From Acidobacteriota bacterium (GTDB lineage Bacteria > Acidobacteriota > Thermoanaerobaculia > Multivoradales > UBA5704): a stretch of DNA of 64,000 nt. Location of the stretch: assembly GCA_034667225.1 (NCBI GenBank), contig JAXDKG010000058.1:131452-195451 (forward strand), in the 5' to 3' direction. This document shows positions 26,711-41,594 of this stretch, piece by piece. The translations under genes and the position numbers were made by a program. Each line of letters begins with the position of its first letter. Positions within the stretch are counted from its first letter, which is position 1. The notes beneath the pieces are model-generated. The model had not been told where the DNA came from, did no database searches, and worked only from the letters and a program-made list of their open reading frames with translations.

Positions 26711-26970
26711 TGGGCGACGCAGAAAGTTTTCGGGCGGCACAGAAGATCTTTGAGCGACGCAGAAAGTTTTTGGGCGGCACAGAGAATTTCTGAACGGCAC
26801 AGAAACTTTTTGGGCGGCACAGAAAAATTCTGAGTCGCCCATCGACATTTTGGGCGACGCAGAATTTTTCTGTGCCGCCCAAAATTTTGATGGGCGACGC
26901 TAAGAATCTCTGTGTTGCTCAAAAAGATTTTGGGCGACGCAGAAACTTTCTGTGTCGCCCAAAGGCTCAT
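26711..26970. repeat. 13-unit array with exact 20-bp period (TGGGCGRCRCAGAAANTTTY and its inverted form)
   Basis: Units start at 26711, 26731, ... 26951. Units 1-6 are direct copies. Units 6/7, 8/9, 10/11 and 12/13 form hairpin pairs with 40-bp spacing (for example TGGGCGACGCAGAAactTTCTGTGTCGCCCA, 26931-26961). G+C looks much lower than in the flanks. The array lies between convergent stop codons (26692 and 26967). Confidence 0.85.
26915..26961 (-). terminator. candidate intrinsic terminator of the NRPS/PKS-LLM operon
   Basis: On the minus strand the hairpin UGGGCGACACAGAA-AGU-UUCUGCGUCGCCCA (13-bp stem, one mismatch) starts 6 nt after the LLM stop. It is followed by AAAUCUUUUU. Confidence 0.4.
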
Positions 26971-28091
26971 TGATGGACGTAGCGCTGCCGCAGGCGGTCG
27001 AGGGCGGGCAGGGCTTCCAGGATCGACGGCGCGTCGACCCCGAAATCGATCAGGCAGGCGGCTTCGTCCGCGCCTGCCGCGCGCAGGCGGTCGATCAGGC
27101 GCGCTCCCTTGTCGGGATGGCCGAGGAGGGAGAGAGCCGAAAAGTAGCTCTCGAAGGCCGCGGCGAGCAGGGCGTCGACATCGCTTCCGGCCGGGAAGCC
27201 GTGCTGGTCGAAGTAGGTCTTGAGATACGAGGTCATGGGCACGCGCACCTTTTCCCGCACCGCCTCTTCATCCTCTCCCACGAACGCGTGCACCATCACC
27301 GTCACCTGTCCCGCCTCGGGATCGAGGCCGCGCTCCGCCCGGGCCTGCCGGTAGCGGGCGATCCTCTCCGTCAGCGTGGGAAGGGGCTGGACGATGGTCA
27401 GCACATTGGCGCCGATCTCCCCTGCCCGAGTCCAGGTGGCGGCGTTCGTGGAACAGGTCACCCAGACCGGCACGTCGAGCAGATGGCGAACGGTCTCGAT
27501 TCCGCGGAACATGATCTCCCTGCGGTCGGCATAGGCCTCCGGCCGCAGGGCGAAGTCGGTGGGGTGCCATCCCGTGGCGAAGGAGATGCCGGCGCGGCCG
27601 TTGGAGAGGCGGTCGACCACGGCCCACTCGCCCGCCACGCGCTCCGGGTCATGCAGGGGAAGGACCACGCTGCCGGCCCGGATGCCGATCCGCTCGGTGG
27701 CGGCGGCGAGAGCCGCTCCCAGCAGGGACGGGTTCGGGAAGAGGCCGCCGAAGTCCTGGAAGTGCCGCTCCGGCGTCCAGACCGCCGCGAAGCCCTGGCG
27801 GTCCGCGAAGCGGGCGCTTTCGAGAAGCAGCTCGTAGCTCTCTGCCGGGGTCTTCGCGCCGCCGTCCGAAAAGAAAAAGAGGCTGAAGCGGATGGGCCGG
27901 TCGGAGGGCTCGGGCTCCGGTCCGGAGTCGAACGAGAAGGGCGTCTCCTCCTTCGGCTCCTCACCAGGGACGGCCAGGCCCTCGCTTTTCAGGCGGCGAA
28001 GCAGCAGCTCCCGCTGATCCGGGGTCAGCCCGGCGAGGCGTTTCGTGAGATCAGCCACGGAGGCTCTCCAGCAACTCCAGGGCTCCGGCAA
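26967..28091 (-). CDS. luciferase-like (LLM class) FMN-dependent monooxygenase, NRPS/PKS-associated MupA/Atu3671-like type
   Basis: IRFSLFFFSDGG...FAAVWTPERHF...VVLPLHDPERVAGEWAVVDRLSNGRAGISFATGWHP... are LLM motifs. The N-terminal 55 aa (LTKRLAGLTPDQRELLLRRLKSEG) resemble the N-terminal helices of the NRPS subunits in this operon. Confidence 0.8.
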   Translation of the reverse strand: MPEPWSCWRASVADLTKRLAGLTPDQRELLLRRLKSEGLAVPGEEPKEETPFSFDSGPEPEPSDRPIRFSLFFFSDGGAKTPAESYELLLESARFADRQGFAAVWTPERHFQDFGGLFPNPSLLGAALAAATERIGIRAGSVVLPLHDPERVAGEWAVVDRLSNGRAGISFATGWHPTDFALRPEAYADRREIMFRGIETVRHLLDVPVWVTCSTNAATWTRAGEIGANVLTIVQPLPTLTERIARYRQARAERGLDPEAGQVTVMVHAFVGEDEEAVREKVRVPMTSYLKTYFDQHGFPAGSDVDALLAAAFESYFSALSLLGHPDKGARLIDRLRAAGADEAACLIDFGVDAPSILEALPALDRLRQRYVHQ

Positions 28092-28614
28092 GGTCGGTGC
28101 GGAGAGCGGTTTGATCTACAGAGAGAAGCGGCAGCTCGGGCTGGATGGGTCGCGGCAGGATGCGCACCTCGACCTCGCGGCCTTCACCGTCCGGGACCCG
28201 CACCGCCTCTCCCCGCCAGAGCCGGCGGACGGTCTCCACACCGGCTGCATCCTCAACGGCGATTCCCGCCCGGCCGCCGGAGAGGTTGTCCACCAGCGCC
28301 CACTCTTCGGCTACACGGATCGGGTTGTGGAGAGGCAGGGCGAGGCAGCCCCGCAGAAAAATCTTCCGGGTCGCCACGGCTGCCGCGGAGGCCAGGACCG
28401 CGGGATTGAGGAAGAGGCCGGGGCCTTCGGCCAGCCAGATTGCGGAAAGGCCCAGGTCTTCGGCTCGGCGGACGGTTTCCAGGAAGAGGTGGGCGTCGTC
28501 GCCGCCGGTCAGATATAGGCTCGGGGTCAAGAACGACCTCCGCCTGGGGTTGAAACCCCAGGCTAGAAGGGTATCGCCCCCCTCCGGGGGCGAGTCTCCG
28601 GTTAGCGTCAGCAA
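28051..28614 (-). CDS. truncated LLM-class monooxygenase paralogue (possible pseudogene)
   Basis: FLETVRRAEDLGLSAIWLAEGP...LALPLHNPIRVAEEWALVDNLSGGRAGIAV...RRLWRGEAVRV...ILPRPIQPELP covers only about the N-terminal two-thirds of an LLM barrel. Its 5' end lies inside repeat family A, and its 3' end overlaps the next LLM gene by 41 nt. Confidence 0.5.
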   Translation of the reverse strand: MLTLTGDSPPEGGDTLLAWGFNPRRRSFLTPSLYLTGGDDAHLFLETVRRAEDLGLSAIWLAEGPGLFLNPAVLASAAAVATRKIFLRGCLALPLHNPIRVAEEWALVDNLSGGRAGIAVEDAAGVETVRRLWRGEAVRVPDGEGREVEVRILPRPIQPELPLLSVDQTALRTDLAGALELLESLRG

Positions 28615-28664
28615 GCCTCCGGAGGAGGCTGTACTTTTCTAGCCTGGGGTTTCAACCCCAGGCG
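28541..28664. repeat. two inverted units of palindromic repeat family A (CTAG-CCTGGGGTTTCAACCCCAGG-CG plus arm)
   Basis: 28541-28566 CGCCTGGGGTTGAAACCCCAGGCTAG and 28639-28664 CTAGCCTGGGGTTTCAACCCCAGGCG are exact reverse complements. Each has an arm of about 22 nt related to those at 48781 and 48876. Confidence 0.8.
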
Positions 28665-31600
28665 CTGGTGCCCGGTCGACCGCCTCCCGCAGCGCCCTTG
28701 CGAGCGCCTCCACATGGGGCGGCCTCACCATCCGATGGTGATCGCCGGGCACGGTGACCACCTCTACCGCCGCGGCAAGATCCCCCCACCCCCCCGTTCC
28801 ATCCGGGCCAAGCCGGCCACTGCCCTCAGCTCGGAAGACAGTTACCTTGCCGGCATAGGAGCGCGGCTCCCAGGTGCTCGACGCCCGCAGGTTGGCCTTG
28901 AAGACCTCGACCAGGGCGACGGCCCGGCGCTCGTCGAAGTCGGGAGGCAGGTTCGGCATTCTCTGGAGGACCAGAGCGACCTGGGCGCGGGTGTCGAGCC
29001 CCCGCAGCTCGTCCGCGGTCAGAGGCAACTCCTCGTCCAGGCCGCGGAGCAGCAGCTCGGCCTCGTCGGCCGTCTCTTCCTCCTGCGCCGGGACGTCCAG
29101 GATCGCCACCAGCTCCGCCCGATCCCCCAGCCGGCAGGCCATCTCGTAGGCCACGAGCCCGCCGAAGGACCACCCTCCAAGGTGCACGGGACCGTCCGGA
29201 AGAGCGCTGATGTAAAGATCGGCCATGTCTTCGATGCGATCGAGAGGGGGCCGTTCGCCGTCGAGACCCGGGGCCTGCAGGCCGAACAGCGGTTGGTCGT
29301 CTCCCAGAGCGTGGGCCAGATCGGCATAGCAGAGGACGCCGCCGCCGCCGGGGTGGACCATGAAGAGGGGCGGCCGGGTCCCCTGCGGCTGAATGCGAAC
29401 CAGCGGGGAGGAGGCCTGGGGCAAGACAGGCCGGAGCCAGCCTGCAAGGGTTTCGACCGTCCGTCGTTCGAAGAGGGTGGCGATCGGCATCGGTCGGCCG
29501 AAGCGGGCCTCGATCCGCGAGGCCAGCCGCACGGCGAGCAGAGAATGGCCGCCGAGGGCGAAGAAGTCATCCGTCACTCCGACAGAAACACCGAGGAGAT
29601 CCTCCCAGATCGCCGCCAGCTCGCGCTCCACATCGTCCCGGGGCGGGATGGAGCCGGATTCCCTCCGGACTTCCATCCGGGCCAGAGCCTGCCGGTCCAC
29701 CTTGCCGGTCGCCGTGAGAGGCAGGGCCTCCAACCAGACGTAGGCCGAGGGGATCATGTAGGCGGGCAGCTTCAAGTCCGGATTCACAGGCTCGGATTGC
29801 GGCACCAGAAAGGCCAACAACTGGTCGTTGGCCACCACCACCGCCGCCTCCCGCACCGCGGGATCCCGGAGAAGTGCGGCCTCGATCTCCCCGGGCTCGA
29901 TGCGGTAGCCCCTCAGCTTCACCTGGCGGTCGAGGCGGCCCAGATACTCCAAGTTGCCGTCCGCCAGCCAGCGCACCCGGTCTCCCGTGCGGTAGAGGCG
30001 CTCTCCGCCGTCGTGCGGGATGAAGGCCGCGGCGGTGGTATCGGGCCGGCCGAGATACCCGCGCGCCAAGAGATCGCCCAGCCAGAGCTCGCCGGCCACA
30101 CCGATCGGGACCGGCCGGCCGTGCGGGTCCATCACCCGGACGGTGCGCCCCCCGACCGGGCGGCCGATCGGAACGGAGCCGGAGACCGTGTCCGGGATAT
30201 CCCCAGTCACCTCCCAGACCGTGGGCGTGATCACGGCCTCGGTGGGCCCATAGCCGTTGACCAGCCGCGTCCCGGGCGCCACCTGCCGCCAGAGCCGGGC
30301 CACCTCGGCGGGCATGGCCTCGCCTCCGGCCTCGACGAACCTCAGATGAGACGGGAGCGTCCGGCCCGAGGCCGCCAGCTCCGCCACGAGCTGCCGCCAG
30401 TAGGAGGTCGGCATCTGCGCGACCGTGATGCCCCAGCGCCCGATCCGTTCCGCGAGCTCGGAGGCGCTCCAGAGCTCGCCTCCGCGGGTGAAGAGCGCGG
30501 CGCCGCTCATCAGCGCCATCATCGGATCCAGGGAGGCGTCGAAGCCGTCGGCATAGGCTCCGAGCACCCGGTCGTCCGGACCGAGGCCGCAGCGCCGCGC
30601 CAGACCGGCCAGCTGGCGCGCGTAGGCTCCCATCGACACCCCCACTCCCTTGGGAACGCCGGTCGAGCCCGAGGTGTAGATGACATAGGCCAGGGACTCC
30701 GGATGGACCTCGACCCGGGGGAAGGTCTCCGGCCCGAATCGGCTGACCCGGTCGAGACAGACGGTCCGCAGGCCGCCGGCCGGGAGCTTGCCGAGCAGCG
30801 CCTCGTCGGCCAGCAGCACCGAGGCTCCGCTGTCCTCAAGAAGAAGCTCCAGGCGCTCCGCGGGCAGTTGGAGGTCCAGCGGTACGTACGCGGCCCCGGC
30901 CTTGTGCACGGCGAGGAGGGCGAGCGGCCAGCCTTCCGGCCGGTTCGAGGAGACCGCGACCCGCGTCTCGAGCCCGGCGCCCGCGGCGCGCAGGTCCCGC
31001 GCCAGCCGGTTGGCAAGGCGGTCCAGCTCGGCGTAAGTCATACCCTGGATGGCGGGTGCTCCCGGGGAGCGCGCCGCCCATTCCTCGAACCGGCGGTGGA
31101 GCGGGATCGACCCGGGGAGCGGCTCGGGCGCGCTCCAGTCGAGGATCTGGCGCCGTTCGGCCTCTCCCATCACCGGCAGCTCGGAGAGGCGAAGCTCCGG
31201 ATCGCGGAGAATCCCCGCGACGAGCACCCCGAGCCGCTCCAGCAGGCGCTCCGCGGTGACCGCGTCGAACAGGAGGGCGTCGTACTCCAGCGCCGCCCTC
31301 CCCTCTTCCAGAAAAGTGAGACTGAGGTCGAACTTGGCCGCGCCGGGCGCGAGCGGGACGGGCGACAGGGTGAGCCCGAGCAGCGTCAGCTCCGCGGCGG
31401 GCGCGTTCTGGAGGGCGAGCATTACCTGGAAGACCGGCGTGTGGCGCAGGCTCCGCTCCACGCGCAGCTCCTCCACCAGCCTCTCGAAGGGCAGATCCTG
31501 ATGGGCGTAGGCCTCCAGAGCCGTGGCCCGAGAGGAGGCCAGCATCTCGCGGAAGGACGGATCGCCGTCCAGGCGGCTGCGCAGTGCCAGGGTGTTCACG

Positions 31601-34600
31601 AAGAAGCCGATCAGCCCTTCGAGCCCGGCGTGGGTCCGGTTGGCGATGGGCGTGCCCAAGACGAGGTCGTCCTCCCCGGTCAACCGGTGGAGCAGCGCCT
31701 GGAACGCGGCCAGGAGGACCATGAACAGGGTCGCCCCTTTGCGCCGGCCCAGCTCGCGCAGGGCGGCGGCCGGGAAGTTCGCCTTGGCGACTCCGGCCCG
31801 GCCGGAGCCGGTCGAGCGCGGCCGGTCAAGGGGGAGATCGAGGACCGCCGGAGCGTCCGCCAGCGCTTCGCGCCACCAGGAGATCTGGCCGGCGAGCGCC
31901 TCCCCTTGGAGCCATCCGCGCTGCCAGACCGCGAAGTCGGCGTACTGGACAGGCAGCTCGGGCAGTATTCTCCCTGCGTAGAGCGCGGCCGTCTCCCTCA
32001 CCAGCACGCCGACGGACCAGCCGTCGCTCACCACGTGATGCAGGGAGAAGAGCGCCATCCACTCCCGTTCACCCAGCCGGAGCAGGGAGGCGCGCAGCAG
32101 CGGTCCCTCCCGGAGATCGAAGGGCCGCGACGCCTCTTCCCGGACGAACCGTTCCGCTTCGGCTTCCGTCACATCGATCACCGGCAGCGAGAACGGCCGG
32201 AAAGGGTGGACGCGCTGGCGCGGCTCGCCGTCCGTCTCGGGAAAGGTGGTGCGCAGAATTTCGTGGCGGCGCACGATCTCCTGGAGGACTCTTTCCAGCA
32301 CGGCGGGATCGAGATCGCCGGAGAGACGCAGGGCCGCGGGCATGTTGTAGGCCGGGCTCTTCGGCGCCAGCCGTTGAAGAAACCAGAGCCGCTCCTGGGC
32401 GAAGGAGAGCGGCAGGTCGCCGTCCCGAGGGACCCGCACCAAGGGGGGAGCGACAGGAGCCGATCCGGCGGCCTCCTCGATCCGCGCCGCGAAGCCGGAG
32501 AGGGTCGGGCTTTCGAAGAGGCTGCGCACGGGCAGCTCGACACCGAAGGCGTCCCGCACCCGGGCGAGGACCTGGGTCACCTTGAGTGAATGGCCTCCGA
32601 GCCCGAAGAAGTCGTGGGATGGGCCGATGCGATCGGTCCCGAGCACCTCGCTCCAGATCGCCGCGAGCAGCTCTTCCATTTGGGAAAGAGGGGGAAGCTC
32701 GACCTCCTCCCGGGCCGGCTCGGGCAGCGCCTTGCGGTCGATCTTGCGGTTGGGGGTGAGAGGCAGGGCGTCCAGGAAGACGAACGCGGAAGGGACCATG
32801 TACTCGGGGAGTCGGGCTCGCAGGAAAGTCCGCAAATCGTCCTCAACCGCTGGGACCACGTAGGCGAACAGCCGGCGGTCGTCGCCCTCCCCCCGCGCGA
32901 CGACGACAGTCTCCCGGATGGCGGGATGGCTGGCGAGAGCGGCCTCGACTTCCCCAAGCTCGACGCGGAAGCCCCGGATCTTCACCTGGAGGTCGGCCCG
33001 CCCGAGCGGCTCGACTTCCCCATTTGGCAGATAGCGGCCGAGATCGCCGGTTCGATACAGATCCTGGAACCGTTGCCCGTCCAGATAACCAGCGGCCAGA
33101 TGGGGGCTGCGGACGCAGACTTCGCCAACCTCGCCGATGCCACAAAGCCGGCCCGAGCGGTCGAGAACCAGAAGCTGCACATCCGGCATTCCGCGGCCCA
33201 GGGGATAGCGCTCCTCATCCTCCCTCACCTCGTGGAAACCCACGGCGCGCTGGGTTTCGGTCGAGCCGTAGAGATTGACGACTTTGACATCCGGAGCGAG
33301 GGCGCGCAGGCGCTCCACATCGCGGCGGGTCAGCACGTCTCCCACGAAGAACGCCCGGCGGAGGGCGGGCATCGGACTGGCCGGCGGGCTGGTGAGCAGC
33401 CGACCCATGGCGGGGGTCAGATGAGCGACGGTGACACCCATGCGGGCCATCCAGGCGGAAAGCCAGCCGGGCTCGCCCATGCGGTCGGGGTCGGGGATCA
33501 CGACAGAGGCGCCGAGCCAGAGTGGAGTGAAGACGTCCCGGTGCAGTGGATCGTGAGCCAGGCCGGACAGGAGGCTGAAGCGGTCGTCGGGGCCGAGTTC
33601 GAAGGCCTCGCTCATCCAGGGGTAGAAGTGGGTCAGGGAGCGGTGGAGGCCGAGGACGCCTTTGGGGATGCCGGTCGAGCCGGAGGTGAAGGCGATGTAG
33701 GCCAAAGCATCCGGACCCCCTCCCCTACCCTCCCCCGCTGCGCGGGAGAGGGAGTCCAGAATGGCCTTGTTGCGCTGCTCGGGGTAGGCGGGGTCTAGGA
33801 TTACGAAGGCGGCTCCGGCCTTCATGACTCCGAGGATCTTGGGGACCAAAGGCGCGCTGTGGTGGCCCTGGATAGCCACGACCTCTCCTGCCCGCACCCC
33901 CTCCGCATTCCTCTCCATCTGCTCGGCAAGCTGGGCGTAGGTGAGCTCTCCACCCTCCCAGATCACGGCATTACGGTGGGGCATCTCCTGAGCGTGCTTT
34001 GTCACGGCATCGGAAACCGAGCCCGGCCAGCTCGCATCCAGCGGAGCCTCGGGATCGGGTAGCGCTTTGCGGGCGGCCTCGGTCACCAGCGAGAACGATC
34101 CGATCGGGGTTTCAGGATCGGCGACGGCCTGCTCGAGGACGAGGTGGTACTGGGCGAGCGCCTCCTCCATCCGTGGCGCATCGAAGAGGCCGGCGTTGTA
34201 GATCAGGTCGAGATGGACGGCCCCCCTGTCCTCCATCAGATACAAGGTCATGTCGAACTTGGCCTGCGGCTCGGACGCGCCGAGCCCTTCGATCGTCAGG
34301 CCCGGGAGGCGTACCTCGGTCGAGGGGAAGTTCAGCAGGTTGAAGAAGACCTGGAAGAGCGGCGTGCGCGACAGGTCGCGCTGCGGCTCGATCTCGGCCA
34401 GGAGCTTCTCGAAGGGGAGGTCCTGGTGGGCAAAGGCCCCGACCGCGACCTCGCGCACCCGGGCCAACAACTCCCGGAACGTGGGATCGCCCGACAGGTC
34501 GGTGCGCAGGACCAAGTGGTTCAGGAAAATCCCGATCAGCCCCTCGACCTCGCGCCGGGTGCGGCCCGCGATGGGCGAGCCCACCGGCACATCCTCCTGG

Positions 34601-35435
34601 CCGCTCCATCGAGAGAGAAGAAGCTGGAACCCGGCGAGCAGCACCATGAAGAGGCTCGCCCCCTCGCCGAGCGACCTCAGACGATCAACGAGCGCAGCCG
34701 GCAGGATGCGGACGGCTCGCCCTCCTTGGAAAGTCTGCACCGCCGGACGCGGACGGTCGAAGGGCAGGTCGAGCGAAGGCGGAGAGCCCGCGAGCCGCTC
34801 CCGCCACCAGGCAAGCTCCTCTTCGAGAGCCTCGCCCGTCAGCCTTTCTCTCTGCCACGCCGCGTAATCGGCATACTGGATTGAAAGCTCCGGGAGCGCT
34901 TCCCCGGCGTAGAAAGCCGTCAGCTCGCGCACCAGGATGCCGAGGGACCAGCCGTCGGAAACGATGTGGTGGAGGTCGAGGGAGAGCACATGGTCCTCGT
35001 CCCCCAGGCGCAGCAGCCTCACCCGAAGGAGCGGTCCCTCTTCCAGCCGGATCGGCTCGCGCCGGATCTCCTCGACCACTGGCAGGAGCACGGGAGCGGG
35101 CGGCGCGATCCGCTGGACAGGCCGGCCGCCCTCTTCGTGGAAGGTCGCCCTCAGCACCTCATGCCGGCGAACCACCTCCGTGAGGGCCCGCTCCAGGGCC
35201 GGCACATCCAACTTTCCTTTCAACCGGAGCGAGGAGGGGATGACGTAGGCCGGATTGTCCGGATCGAGCCGGTCGAGGAACCAGAGACGCTCCTGGGCAA
35301 AGGAGAGCGGATGGGCGGATGGGTCCTCCCGGCGCGGGATCGTCTGCCCGCCTTCCATTCCCTCCTCGCGGCGGCGTTCGCGCAGCAGCTCCAACCGCTC
35401 GCGGGAGGCCCGGAAGAATTTCCCAGTCGCCACGG

Positions 35436-35439
<4 letters not shown>
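28639..35439 (-). CDS. NRPS, two modules plus thioesterase: C-A-T-C-A-T-TE (modules 6 and 7)
   Basis: C: LSFAQERLWFLDRL, HHIVSDGWS. A: LAYIAFTSGSTGIPKG, LAHDPLHRD, NLYGSTETQRAV, GRADLQVKIRGFRVELGEVE. T: FFGLGGHSL. C: HHVVSDGWS. A: LAYVIYTSGSTGVPKG, GFDASLDP, NGYGPTE. T: FFALGGHSL. TE: GGWSFGG, PGDHHRM. Confidence 0.95.
33716..33754. repeat. GC-rich palindromic repeat family B2, in-frame copy inside A domain (module 6)
   Basis: CCCCCTCCCCTACCCTCCCCCGCTGCGCGGGAGAGGGAG matches 44338-44376 at 38 of 39 nt, although the flanks are unrelated. It is translated as ...[11 protein letters not shown]... immediately N-terminal to core A3 (LAYIAFTSGSTG). Confidence 0.7.

Positions 35440-41590
<6,151 letters not shown>

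Positions 41591-41594
<4 letters not shown>

Noticed and set aside
26711-26970. Possible CRISPR array, because of the regular short repeats.
   Set aside because: The repeat units abut each other with an exact 20-bp period and no unique spacers. Orientation flips within the array, and no cas genes are nearby.
26538-26970. Overlapping small ORFs across the repeat array (26538..26882, 26611..26970, part of 26141..26848) with repetitive FCVAQ/KFLCRP peptides.
   Set aside because: The periodic peptide sequence is simply the translation of the 20-bp DNA repeat. There is no RBS and the ORFs lie in the convergent-terminator zone.
28714-32589. 1291-aa ORF on the plus strand. Other very long plus-strand ORFs also overlap the NRPS/PKS genes (32590..33798, 38109..40112, 42623..44470, 46003..47889, 48640..51108, 51627..53567, 55119..57746).
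   Set aside because: They are antisense shadows of the minus-strand megasynthase genes in high-G+C DNA. Their translations are Arg/Gly/Pro/Ala-rich with no recognisable motifs, whereas the minus-strand frames carry complete NRPS/PKS core motifs.
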